Assembly: GCA_963704405.1 (NCBI GenBank)
Contig: OY969903.1
Coordinates: 2,948,909 to 3,012,908, forward strand
From: an uncultured Phycisphaerales bacterium
GTDB lineage: Bacteria; Planctomycetota; Phycisphaerae; Tepidisphaerales; Tepidisphaeraceae
Direction: 5' to 3'
Length of the DNA: 64,000 nt
In this document: positions 20,068-30,036 of the stretch, in pieces
Numbering within the stretch: position 1 is the first letter of the stretch
How the letters are laid out: each line of letters begins with the position of its first letter
Program-made: the position numbers and the translations under genes
The notes under the pieces: generated by a model
What the model saw: only the letters and a program-made list of their open reading frames with translations
Databases searched by the model: none
Told to the model about the DNA's origin: nothing

Positions 20068-21578
20068 ACAGCCGCAGCAGCCCTCACCCTTACCCACAAG
20101 TTGCATCGATTCGGTTTTGCTGTGTGAGTTCGATGCCGTGTGCGATTCGGGAGACGATTTCCCAGCCGATCCAGATTGCTTTCCAGCCGGGGCGGGGATC
20201 GTGTTTTCTGCCCAGCCAGCCGCCCTGGTGAGCCAGGGTTTGCCAGAATTGCCGGGGGCTCATTTGATCAATCCGGCATTGGCCTAGCGCTGCCGCGGCT
20301 TGGATCATTGCCTGCGGCACCTTCTGCTGCAGGTCGAGTTTGGCGGCTGCAGGTTCGTTGCGCGGCAGGTTGGCCCAATCACGCAGCTGCAATAATCGCA
20401 CTGCCACGGGAGAGAGCATGCTGATCAATCGAAGCAGGTTATCAATACTTTGCAACTGGGATTCGCCAAGTCTGCAACCTTCTTTCAGTGCCCGGTGCCA
20501 TTCTTCAATGACCCAGCGAATGCAGTAGTAGTCGATGATCGTCAATGCATCGGCCAGATTCTCCACCGGCAAATTGGTCAGCAGCATCCACTCCAGCGAC
20601 GCAGCGCCTTCGAGGGGTTCTTTGAGATAAACGACATTCACCGTCAACGGTTGGGTGGACGGCGCGCTTTTGGCCGGAGGTTGCAGTTGCACCGTTGCAA
20701 ACCGCACTTGTAATTGGGCCATGCGGGCGGGACGCGGCAGGCGCTGGGTGACGCCTTTGATCTTGCGTTTGACGCATCGCTGCTGACCGATCTCAATATC
20801 GATTTGTCCGCTGACCGGAACCTGCGCCATGTAAGACCACAGCTTGTCGGTTGCCTGCTCGATGTTGCGGTCGTGACGGGCCCGGATGACAAAACCGTTC
20901 GATGCCGCCACGCAACTGTGCATCAGACGCAGATCGTCCGCCCCTCGATCACAGATATGGATCAGGTGCGTATGGGGTGAGTTGGCCGCTTTGACGGCCT
21001 GGACGGCGTCAATCCAGACATCGCTCTCTCGAAAGCGATCACGCCTGGCTTTTTTGCTCTCCCGTGCCGCTCGCTTCACCCGCTTGAAAAATCGCTGGTC
21101 GAGCAACCCTAAAACTTCGCCGCTTGGCGTGACCGCCAGCGCCGAATGCATCACCCATTGGCCTCCAGCAATACGGCTGGCTTGCACATTGGAGCCATCC
21201 TGCACGCACAGGACCACCGGATGCTCGCGGCACGATTGGAAAGTCACCCGCCGGTGCTGGGCTTGCAGCGCATCGGGATTAATCTGTGGATTGTCGAAAA
21301 ACCGGTAAGCTGCTTTCAGCTCCGCCCACTGCTTATGTTGCACAGGCAGGGATTGACCCGGAGTCGCCGCCATTTGGGCTGCGAGTGTAACAACCCTTTT
21401 GAACGACGACGATCACCCAGATCCAACGATCCAAAATGCTGATGAGCCCACTGATGGGCTTGGCAGACCATCATCACGACCTCCATGTCTGGAAAAAATC
21501 GAGGTACGTTGAAGAAAGCGAAAATGTTCTCAAAAACACTTCGGAGTTGTGGGTAAGGGTGAGGGCTGCTGCCCCTGT
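20068..21578 (-). mobile_element. IS4-family insertion sequence, 1511 bp, 32-bp terminal inverted repeats (30/32)
   Basis: 20068..20099 acagccgcagcagccctcacccttacccacaa versus the reverse complement of 21547..21578 acaggggcagcagccctcacccttacccacaa. A single DDE transposase lies between them. Confidence 0.85.
20090..21486 (-). CDS. IS4-family DDE transposase, first approx 29 codons in another frame (indel in A/T run 21397-21400)
   Basis: Main ORF has D (VLCVQDGS), D (HICDRGADD) and the YREK-type signature YYCIRWVIEEWHRALKEG. ATG 21486 encodes MEVVMMVCQAHQWAHQHFGSLDLGDRRRSK, which joins RVVTLAAQMAATPGQSLP only after a 1-nt correction. Confidence 0.85.
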
Positions 21579-21665
21579 ACGGACCGGGGACATGGGTAAC
21601 ACATGTGCGGGGACATGGGTGGCGCTTTTATCCTGCAAGCTTGAACCTTTACCGGGAGTTCAAGC

Positions 21666-21899
21666 ATGCCGTGGATGGAGGCTTCTACTGTGTGTCTCAG
21701 ACAAGAATTTGTTTCGTTGGCGATCCAGCCCCGTTGTAATCTGGCGGCGTTGTGTCGTCGTTTTGCCATCAGTCGCAAGACCGCCTACAAGTGGATGGAT
21801 CGCGCCAAACGCCAAGAGAATGGCGTCGTCAGCGCCCAGGGGATGGCGGATCGCTCCCGCCGCCCCTTGCTGTCGCCAGGCAGGACTGCCGGGTCGCTG
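21666..21899 (+). pseudogene. 5' fragment of an IS481-like transposase (HTH region only)
   Basis: MPWMEASTVCLRQEFVSLA..NLAALCRRFAISRKTAYKWMDR..ADRSRRP is the usual IS481-family N-terminus. It stops abruptly at approx 21899, where recombinase-derived sequence begins in the same ORF. Confidence 0.6.
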
Positions 21900-22315
21900 G
21901 ATATGCGGCTCGACCGCCTCATGGCGGCCTATATCGACCGGGTTGTAACCCTACCGGAATACAAAACGGCTAAGAACAAGATGATGGATGAGAAGCGGCT
22001 TTTGGCCGAAAATCTCACGTCAGTGGAGAAACAACGAAATACAGCCTTCGAACCGCTGAAATCCTATATTTTGGCTATAAAACAGGCCAAAACGCTCGGA
22101 GAGACGGGAAAACCCGAGGAACAACGCGATTTCTTCAAAACCATCACTTCGAACCCAAACGTGTTCAATCGGGAGCTTCGGTTTGAACCACGCGGAGCGT
22201 GGCAACTCGTTATCCGACAAGGCTCTTTTGCCCAACACAACACCGCGCCCGCCTTAGCGGGCGCGGTGTTCCTTGGTAAAACTCGCGATGTCGTATTAAA
22301 GCGGAGAGGGGGAGA
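21900..22315 (+). repeat. left copy of a 416-bp direct repeat (right copy 45970..46385)
   Basis: Manual alignment: no indels, constant offset of 24070 nt, approx 38 mismatches (approx 91% identity), with a block at 22141..22230 identical to its partner. Confidence 0.9.
22239..22270 (+). terminator. 14-bp perfect-stem hairpin inside the repeat (twin at 46309..46340)
   Basis: aacaccgcgcccgc-ctta-gcgggcgcggtgtt. The loop differs (gata) in the right copy while both stems are intact. Confidence 0.4.
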
Positions 22316-22604
22316 AACCGCCTCCGTTCAGCCGTGAGATAGTACATCCGCGATCTCACGGTCGCCAGCCGCATTTTCGGATCATTTTGAGGGGTCTTCG
22401 ACGGCTCTGAAACCGCGTATTCGTTCCGATTCGTTACTGATTGACAGGACAGTGCGCAGGACAGCGCGGATGCGGCTTGCGGACAAGGAGTGACTCATGC
22501 CCGTGCCTGCCCGTTTGCGATCTCTAACAGCGATTTTGGCGCAGACCTTGAACCGTGCAAAGTTCCAAGCGTCTACTGGGGAACCTGTTACCTTTTTTAC
22601 CGCT

Positions 22605-23288
22605 TCATTGTGGGGGAGAGGGGGCAACGATCTTTGCACCAAGCATTTCTAAAGTATCCACCGTCGCCTCCTTGGGGATTTCGCTCAACGGAACTGGATA
22701 CGCATGGAAATGCCGCGCCGCGCAGTCAACGTCAAACAACACGTAGGGAGTCGGTTGCCCCCTCGCAGCCCCAATGTCTCGGTCGGCTTTCATGTAAAAA
22801 TACCTTTCCTTCTGATCGAGAAACTCTTCCAAATGGCGTGCCATGATTAGGCACATCCAGCCGTACACGAGTTGTTCGGTAGCTTGCGGATAAAAGCACC
22901 CATCGCCCGACTTGCGACTGCCAGCATCCACGTCTTTATCGTTCATCCATGCATACGGCCAATGCTTCTTTCTCTCCTCGCGCTCGATAATCCTCATGTT
23001 CAACACGGGCGATACGATGTCGTAATAATGATCCTCCCGATGTTCGAGCCAAGTTCGAAATCGATCAAGTTCCGTACGGAAGCCCTCATCATCCAGCCCA
23101 GGAAGCATCATCATGTATGTCTCAAGTGACCAGGACCACGCCTCTTTAGTGTAATGGCGGAACTCAAAGAAGAAGTTCCAGAACTCTGCCAAGCGATACC
23201 GCAACACCTGCTGGGGCGGAAACTCTGGCATTGATAACGGGCACTGCGCCATCGCCGTCAGTTGCTCAATGAAGTCGCGCTGATCCAT
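22605..23288 (-). CDS. hypothetical protein, no recognisable family
   Basis: 227-aa ORF, Trp/aromatic-rich (EFWNFFFEFRHYTKEAWSWSLETYMMML). No motif I can assign. Confidence 0.6.
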   Translation of the reverse strand: MDQRDFIEQLTAMAQCPLSMPEFPPQQVLRYRLAEFWNFFFEFRHYTKEAWSWSLETYMMMLPGLDDEGFRTELDRFRTWLEHREDHYYDIVSPVLNMRIIEREERKKHWPYAWMNDKDVDAGSRKSGDGCFYPQATEQLVYGWMCLIMARHLEEFLDQKERYFYMKADRDIGAARGQPTPYVLFDVDCAARHFHAYPVPLSEIPKEATVDTLEMLGAKIVAPSPPQ

Positions 23289-23448
23289 TTCAATCGTCCC
23301 TCATGCAGTTACTCGCTTTGATCTCCCATCAATGGACTTTCATCGGTCCATGGTGGGATTGTACCCGACCAACCTCACTGAAGGACTACGCATATATTTG
23401 GCGGAAAAGAAGCGTGTTATCGGGACACGTTCAACATTGGGGACAAAC

Positions 23449-23631
23449 ATGAGCAAGGAACAAGAAGAACAAGCCGAGATCGAAGCCGCAATGACGCGGC
23501 TGAAGGGGTTCATCAAGAAACCCGTCAACTACCACGACTCGGAGAAGATGCGGCGGATCAAGGAAGGCCGCGAGCATGAGCCGCATGGTGTCAGATGGCG
23601 AGAACTGGGACGGCGATTTCGCGTGACATGA
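23449..23631 (+). CDS. possible small protein (60 aa) with HTH-like C-terminus
   Basis: ATG 23449 within ORF 23332..23631 (MSKEQEEQAEIEAAMTRLKG..EGREHEPHGVRWRELGRRFRVT). A degenerate second copy of its 3' 62 nt occurs at 24651..24712. Confidence 0.3.
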   Translation: MSKEQEEQAEIEAAMTRLKGFIKKPVNYHDSEKMRRIKEGREHEPHGVRWRELGRRFRVT

Positions 23632-23834
23632 CTAAGACCTCAGCATTTCATCGGAAGACTACTCGTCATGTGTTTCCTTTGACGCATCGGACGGCATCGC
23701 CGAAGTATCCAATGATGCTGATTTTGCCAACTCCATTGCAAACTCGCAGATCAGTTCTTGTTCCAACTCGTTCATGCAGGCAAACAGCCGTTTCAAAAAC
23801 TGCTCGTCTTGCTGAATACGGGGGTCGTTCAGGC

Positions 23835-24599
23835 TCATTGTTGTCCATTCGCCCAGAGTGGGTTGTCGCGCTCATCCCAGACGGCGACATAAACAGTGTT
23901 GTCTACATCGCCTTTGGACCAAAGAGCGACGAACTCGCCGTCCCATCGCCTTATCTCGCCACTTCTCGTCCATCCATCATTTACCAAGTTCATGCCTACG
24001 AGAAATAGCGTGTCGGCACCATATCGACGTTGGCGTGATCGCGTATCGTACATCGTGAGGTCATCATCCCAAGGCCGCGCTTTTATCACATCGACAACTG
24101 CGACGTTTTGCTTTCGCAACGCACTCAGATCGAGGATGTCTGCGAGTTTCTCCCGCCATTCAACAAGAAGCTGCACAATCTGATTTAGCGGTACATAAGT
24201 ACGAGGCTCGCCATTAGGATCGAGCGGCAAGCCTTCCGCGAATCGCTTTAGCTCATCGGCGCGGATTGAATCAAACTCGCAGGACGCGAAGACGGTACTG
24301 AAGACACGCTCGGGCCACGCATGCGACACAAGCTCGGAATCGTGAATGGTCAACTCCTTCCACGGCAGATGCGGCAGGACGCCTGGAGCGGTGAGGCGTT
24401 CGTCAACGGTGTCTTCGACGATCTCAAGTTGTTCTTTTCTTTTTGCGGACTCCAACTGACGAGAAACAGGCGACAACGGCAATCGGCTGAGTAAATCCTC
24501 ACCTGCCCTTTGCAGAAGGCCGCTTCGCATTTCAGCGGGCATGGCGCGGAATACTTGTGCAAGCTGTTCTTCGCCCGACTTACATGTATCTTGATTCAT
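23835..24599 (-). CDS. hypothetical protein, co-oriented 132 nt downstream of the pAgo gene
   Basis: 254-aa ORF with no recognisable family. The C-terminal half is rich in W/D (WDDDLTMYD..WDGEFVALWSKGD..VWDERDNPLW). Confidence 0.6.
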   Translation of the reverse strand: MNQDTCKSGEEQLAQVFRAMPAEMRSGLLQRAGEDLLSRLPLSPVSRQLESAKRKEQLEIVEDTVDERLTAPGVLPHLPWKELTIHDSELVSHAWPERVFSTVFASCEFDSIRADELKRFAEGLPLDPNGEPRTYVPLNQIVQLLVEWREKLADILDLSALRKQNVAVVDVIKARPWDDDLTMYDTRSRQRRYGADTLFLVGMNLVNDGWTRSGEIRRWDGEFVALWSKGDVDNTVYVAVWDERDNPLWANGQQ

Positions 24600-24731
24600 T
24601 CACAGCCCTCCAAAACGCTCGGCTTCCGAACTTTCGATCATATCGGTCACGAGGAAGGACGCGAGCGTGCGCCGCATGGCGTTTGTTTGCGAGAACTCGC
24701 GCGACTGTATCGAACAAAGTGCCGTCTCGCG

Positions 24732-26190
24732 CTACATGTAGAAGCTGTAGTGCGGATTGATTTCAGCATCTTCTGGGATGTATTTGACCACATCTCCGAC
24801 TTGCCGCGCGGCCGCAAGAGTGATCGGCATCGAGTTGTCGAACTGGGTGTTATTCCAGTTCATTTTTGTCAGTCCCAGCACCTCTTTCGCAAGATATTTC
24901 GGAGTCTGATCCCCATATTCTAAGCGCATCCGAAGTGGGCGAGGCGTGTACATGCCTGGATACGTTTCAAAAAACTGAACACTGCCTCGTGAATACAGCA
25001 GGTGGTGTTTTGCATCCATCGAAAGAAAGGTTCCTCGAATCGGCGGATAAACGCCGAGTCTGTACAGTCTCGTCAGCGACCTCGATACGCTCAGAAGATC
25101 GACCTGATCGACCCCAACGCTACGAATGGCAGCAAGACAGCCATCGCGCTCTGCATTGTCAAACCAAGAACTCTTATGAGCGACCAAGCGCGCGGGCAAG
25201 TGCCCATGCTCTTTCTTGTAGCGCAGCAGTGCTTTTGAGACGACTTCTCGAATCTGTTCGCCCGAGAGATGGGGAGTGCGATCTTCTTTATCAAGCCGAG
25301 CTTCGCCGCCACGAACGATGATCCCATCACCACGCTCGTTGAACACCTGTGCCAAACTCGAAGCCACTGACTTCGCGTTCAGCGTTCGATAAAACGTGAT
25401 CCCGACGTAGCATGTCTGAAACTCATTCGTATCGCGCGTCAATCGCCAAGGTGTCCCGCCGCCCTTGTAGTACAACGCCGTGTGAAAGTTCCAAGCTCGC
25501 GTGGCCTCGTCTTGAAGCGCGCGGTCCGCTTGGCCGTCTTTGCGAGCCGTCGCCTTTTTGGGCATTTTCTGTCCGTATGTACTTGGCAGAACAAGCTGAA
25601 CAGAACGATCAAGCGGCATCGCCTTGGCTTTCAGAAGATGCCGAAAATCGAGATGCAAGGAACCCACTTCGGGTGTGTCCTCATCTTCATTGGGTGATGT
25701 CGCGGGTGCTGGTCGCTCCATGAGTTCTAACATGCGATATGGAACGGCGCATACAATGGCTTTTACTGGGGTGTTCTCTTTCAGCCATAATCTCGTCAAG
25801 GAATAAGTCGACTGCTGCTTCCACAAACTCATCAGCCGAACGGCGTGAGGCGAGTTGCTCGATGTCGGAACTTCGGATTGCCCGCTGCCAACGAGAATCA
25901 CAAGTAACGCCGCAACCGAAGCATGAATCGTCGCCAAAGCCAGGGAAGCGCGGAAACAGATTTGGCTGCTTACTTTGCTTCGCATCGACTCCTGTCTGAC
26001 ACTTGGCAAGCCAAGAGAGAATGCCCTCGATGCTCTGGGTTGTGCCTACTACGCCAAGAGAGATTGAAGTCGGCGACTCAGGCCGTCCTCTTCCCCATGC
26101 ACCACGATTCATTATTCCGAATCGCACGTCGATGTGGCGACCCACGCCGAACTCAAGCTCTGGCTCCTCGATCAAGATTGATGCGTTCAT
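24732..26190 (-). CDS. short prokaryotic Argonaute (MID-PIWI), frame broken near 25779-25781
   Basis: ORF 25687..26190 (MNASILIEEPELEFG..) joins ORF 24732..26009 (..NTPVKAIVCAVPY..YVGITFYR..LVAHKSS..NWNNTQFDNSMPITLAAARQVG..HYSFYM-stop) after a 1-nt shift in an A-run. Total approx 486 aa, with a PIWI-type C-terminus. Confidence 0.85.
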
Positions 26191-27534
26191 TTGAATAACC
26201 CCCCGAACTCTGGTTCGCTTTCAAGCGTTTCTTTTGAAATGTCACTTTCACGATTGCGCCAGTCGGCATCATCCACACCGAAGGGGAAGTCGAACGTAAG
26301 CTGTGGATTGAATCGCAAGTACGGATAGTCAGCCAAGTACAAGTCGGCGGGCTTTGTAAGAAGCTCTGCCCACATGACGACTTGGCCAAGAACAGCCAGG
26401 TTCTTTTCAAGTCGCTTCACACCCTTGAGCAAGTCACCATCAAACTGCGACATATTCTTGCCATCGTAGGTGTAGAAATATGTCGGAGTAACTTCCAGGA
26501 ACCACTCATCATCGAAACGGTAGAAGTGCCCCTCGAACGCAGCATGACGGTAGTACGCGACCCGACTTGCATCTTTCTTGTTCGTGTAAGCGCGAAACAC
26601 GTCCCTCGATGTGTGCTTGAGAAGGCTTCGATACGGATAAGTGCGGGTTTTTAGCGAGAACTGTGGCGGCAAAAAATAGTAACGCTTCGTCAGCGGGTGA
26701 AAGCGAACACCGTGTGGACGCAGCTTTTCCTTGAGGCATTGATTGAGCAATCGCACAAACTGTCGCTGGCGGTCGGCATCATCAGAAAGGCTCCATTCGC
26801 TGGCGTCGTCTCGTTCAACCGTTCCACGTTCGCACACCGTCGGCCACGGATCAACTCGAAGGTCGTGAATGCTGATAAGTTGTCCGCCTGCGATATACCA
26901 CTCACTCGGAAGCAGTGTTTCGTTCTCTCGCCCATTGCCAAATGTCGCCAGGACGCTTGTGCGTCGTTTCCGCGCGAAAGATGTGGGGATTGATCCCTGA
27001 GACTGGCAACAGATTCGACAGAAGCGACTCCCGCTTGGGGATCGGTGCGAAATAGAATCCCGCATCTTTTGGAACCGCCAGTTTCGCCAAGGCTGCCTTG
27101 CACGATTCATCGAAACGATTTGCCGACTTGCTGAATACGATGCGGCGTTCTTTTCGCCTTGTGGTATCGGAAAACCACTCTCGAAGGTCGATCCAATACC
27201 CTTCATTCGTCATTGGGCGCGAAGCAACAAGAATGATTGGTGTGTTCCCCGTCATCCAATGGTCGATGTCTTTCTCTTCGCAAAGAAACTCAAAGCCCGT
27301 GTCGGTTTCGGCTGTGAACTTGCCAGATTCGGCTTTGCTTTGAACTTGAAGAATGCAGTTTGTAGCGCGTTCAGTTTCGGTGTCCCGTATCTCGATGAAG
27401 CCATCTATTCCTGCTTCGATGGCTTGATTTGTCGGATGAAAGGCGAATCCGATCTTCGAACAAATGGAATGGATAAACGCAACCCCACGATCTCCAGAAA
27501 TTGCCTGTTTGCTGATCTTCTTGAAGGTCGCCAT
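26187..27534 (-). CDS. DREN (DUF4365 nuclease)-APAZ partner of short pAgo (SPARDA-type), frame broken near 26921-26935
   Basis: N-terminal GDRGVAFIHSICSKIGFAFHPTNQAIEAGIDGFIEIRD..ILQVQSK is the DUF4365 PD-(D/E)xK pattern. The C-terminal approx 300 aa (ORF 26187..27206) sit in the APAZ position. The stop overlaps the pAgo start (ATGA). Confidence 0.8.
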
Positions 27535-27671
27535 GCACCGATTGTACAGGCGTCAGTGTAAGGGTAAAGTACGGATTGAAAATTGAGTCTTTTTGTTTGT
27601 CGCTCACCAAACGCGCGAGCGATGCGACATGTGTTCAAGACCGCGTCAACGCATGCACCGCTACATTCGAG

Positions 27672-28559
27672 CTAACTATGCAGCGGTAGTTCGACACAGC
27701 CTGCCAGAAAATGATCCAAAGGTTCTGGTCGAGTGAAAGGTAAAAGCATTTGCTGCTCTGCTGGGACTCGAAAGGCGGTCTCGTTGCCTGAATCCGCGTG
27801 CGATCGCAGTCGAGCGATTAGCTCATGAAGCTCAGTGGCCGCAAAGGACGCTCGGCCGTAGTGAGATAACATCGCCTTCTCAATCTTTGGCAAAGACAAT
27901 CGCTTTGCCCAATCCGCCAAATGTCGGACAAGCTCGATGTCCAACGCAAAGTCAAGTTTTCGGGCTAAAGCGAAAGCGCGAACAATGCACAGTTCGGGGT
28001 ACGGATTGTCAGGGAGGTTTAGCATGATCGTCCGTGTCTCAACCGATTCCAAAAACTTATTTTGATAAATCGTTCGAGGCACGCCTTGCTTCGCCTCCAA
28101 TTCGATGGCAATTGCTTCGACACTGAAAAACGTCGTTCTCGGTAGAACTGAAAATGAATGCGAGAACAAAGGAAAAAACTTACAACCCCAAGTTGAGGCC
28201 AGCGGCCAAACGTCAAACAGCCAACCCCCCATGTTCAACGTCAATCCGCCAAATCGCGTCCTTCGCACCAATACATCGGCGAATGCATTTTCCAAATCTT
28301 CTGTTGAAACTTCGGCAACAACTATGTCGATGTCACGAGTTTCAACCCATGGAGATTTTACAACTATGTCGCGGACCACGCCGCCGAAAAGGCAAGATTT
28401 CCAGCCGTGGTCCATGATGCGACGCAACGCATCTGCTCGTGCAGCCTTGCGCTCTCTCTCGTCCCACAGGAAATGCCGAAGCCGATGCCGAACTTTGGCC
28501 TGAAAATGTCCCAAAGATCGATCACCCATGACTAAGCGATCCGTAGAGGTTGCTTGCAA
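27672..28559 (-). CDS. Pol-beta superfamily nucleotidyltransferase (CCA-adding/poly(A) polymerase head-type)
   Basis: LFGGVVRDIVVKSPWVETRDIDIVV is the GG-x-VRD..D-x-D signature of the PolyA_pol/tRNA nucleotidyltransferase head. The start (28559, or ATG 28529) overlaps the upstream dGTPase stop. Confidence 0.7.
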   Translation of the reverse strand: MQATSTDRLVMGDRSLGHFQAKVRHRLRHFLWDERERKAARADALRRIMDHGWKSCLFGGVVRDIVVKSPWVETRDIDIVVAEVSTEDLENAFADVLVRRTRFGGLTLNMGGWLFDVWPLASTWGCKFFPLFSHSFSVLPRTTFFSVEAIAIELEAKQGVPRTIYQNKFLESVETRTIMLNLPDNPYPELCIVRAFALARKLDFALDIELVRHLADWAKRLSLPKIEKAMLSHYGRASFAATELHELIARLRSHADSGNETAFRVPAEQQMLLPFTRPEPLDHFLAGCVELPLHS

Positions 28560-30036
28560 ATGAATCAGTCATGCCGCCAACATAATCAGTAAGCAGTAGA
28601 AGACCATAGTAGCGTTCGATCTGTTCTGCTGAAAAACCGTAATAGCCTTTCGACTTTGCATGCTCCAACTCGAAATCGTGCAGATGTCGGTAGCTCTGCG
28701 AGATCAAGCTGTGACATCTCTTCCCATCATCTTCGTGTTTTGTCGTCGGATCGATGCCAAGCCAAAGTATATCCATGAGCGACTGGATGATTTTGCCGCC
28801 ACGTAGTTCAAGCTCAATTGTAGGGCGGGTACTATAAATCTTCGCACCTCCGAGCTTTTTACACGCCTTGACGAGCGATTTGGCAACCCCCGCCTCGTCG
28901 TCGGCAACGAGTTCATCCTTGTAAGCCCCTGCCATGATCTCGTCGTACCGATGCAAAAACGCGTTAGCAGAACCTTCCACCGTCTTCCCAATTACCATGA
29001 CGCGAAACATCTGCATGTACGAGTCTTCTCGCGCATGATCGGATAACTTCGGGCCGCTTGACACGCCCTTGTCGATGGAGTCCTTTGCCTTCTGAGCGAT
29101 GGACTGAACCGCGCCAGCATCAAGTTTGTGATCGTTTGCCTTTTCGATCAGCCCGTTTACTGCTGCGTCAAAAGACAGGATTCCCTTTCTCACGCCATCT
29201 TCAACGTCGCAGATCGAGTAAACGCAATCGTCGGCGGCTTCCACAAGGTAGACCAGCGGATGGCGGAACTGACCCACGCCAAGCTCTTCTCTGACCTTTT
29301 CGAGCATCTCTTTCTCGGCGAAAAGAAATCCTGGCTTCGTGAGTCGGTGATCTTTTGATTTCCGATCTGCATCGTGAGATGCCACCACGTACTTCATGGT
29401 CGCACCAATCAGCGCAGCCGTCGGATTCATTCCGTGTTGGTCCGACAACACTTGCAAATGGCACAGGAGCCGCAAAGTTCGAGCGTTCCCTTCGAACTTC
29501 GTGAAGTCGGCGTGAAGTTCTGGCACGTTGGCAATCGAACCGAGGGCATTCTTTCCAACACCACCTTCGAACCACTTCGAGATTGCCGTCTCACCGTAGT
29601 GCCCGAACGGCGGGTTGCCGAGATCATGAATGAGACCCGCTGTTCCGCAAATGTCTTCGATGGCTCTCGCCTGTACCGCGTCGATCTTCTCTTTCTTCAC
29701 CAATTCATTCGCTACGCGCTGGCCCAAGCCGCGCGCAACGCATGAGACTTCCAACGAGTGAGTCAAGCGCGTTCGCACCGCGTCGTTCAAATCCAATGGA
29801 AAAACCTGAGCTTTGTCCTGCAACCGCTTCACTGGAGACGAAAAGACGAGGCGGTCAAAGTCGCTCTGAAACGGCGTACGGTGATCATTTACAGCACTTG
29901 CAGTTCCCCCCATGAGTTCGCGGATGCGACGATGTGAAAGCAGCTTGTCCCATTGCATCATCACTGAAGTATATCGCTGGTTACCGTATGAGGCGAGCAT
30001 CGCGGCAGGCAACGGCTCAACTGCGATTTGCCGCAC
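28522..30036 (-). CDS. dGTPase-family HD-domain dNTP triphosphohydrolase
   Basis: RTPFQSDFDRLVFSSPVKRLQDKAQVFPL..VRTRLTHSLEV (His of HD) and GLIHDLGNPPFGHYGE are classic Dgt-family motifs. An alternative start MMQWDKLL lies at 29961. Confidence 0.9.
   Translation of the reverse strand: MRQIAVEPLPAAMLASYGNQRYTSVMMQWDKLLSHRRIRELMGGTASAVNDHRTPFQSDFDRLVFSSPVKRLQDKAQVFPLDLNDAVRTRLTHSLEVSCVARGLGQRVANELVKKEKIDAVQARAIEDICGTAGLIHDLGNPPFGHYGETAISKWFEGGVGKNALGSIANVPELHADFTKFEGNARTLRLLCHLQVLSDQHGMNPTAALIGATMKYVVASHDADRKSKDHRLTKPGFLFAEKEMLEKVREELGVGQFRHPLVYLVEAADDCVYSICDVEDGVRKGILSFDAAVNGLIEKANDHKLDAGAVQSIAQKAKDSIDKGVSSGPKLSDHAREDSYMQMFRVMVIGKTVEGSANAFLHRYDEIMAGAYKDELVADDEAGVAKSLVKACKKLGGAKIYSTRPTIELELRGGKIIQSLMDILWLGIDPTTKHEDDGKRCHSLISQSYRHLHDFELEHAKSKGYYGFSAEQIERYYGLLLLTDYVGGMTDSFASNLYGSLSHG

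Larger units (their letters stand above)
21900..22337 (+). pseudogene. 3' fragment of a large serine recombinase gene (paralog of 44866..46482)
   Basis: Encodes DMRLDRLMAAYIDRVVTLPEYKTAKNKM..FEPRGAWQLVIRQGSF.., collinear with the C-terminus of the 538-aa recombinase. The catalytic N-terminus is absent. Confidence 0.85.

Noticed and set aside
21394-21486. Programmed ribosomal frameshifting in the IS4 transposase
   Set aside because: IS4-family elements are not known to use frameshifting. The break is within the first 30 codons at an A-run and resembles the other indels scattered through the window.
20040-21600. Target-site duplication for the IS4 element
   Set aside because: I compared 9-12 nt on each side of the inferred ends and found no match. 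It is reported as an absence rather than a feature.
21666-22337. Treating the 223-aa ORF as a genuine protein
   Set aside because: It is a junction of two unrelated gene fragments (an IS481-type HTH and a serine recombinase tail), so it is better described as two pseudogene pieces.
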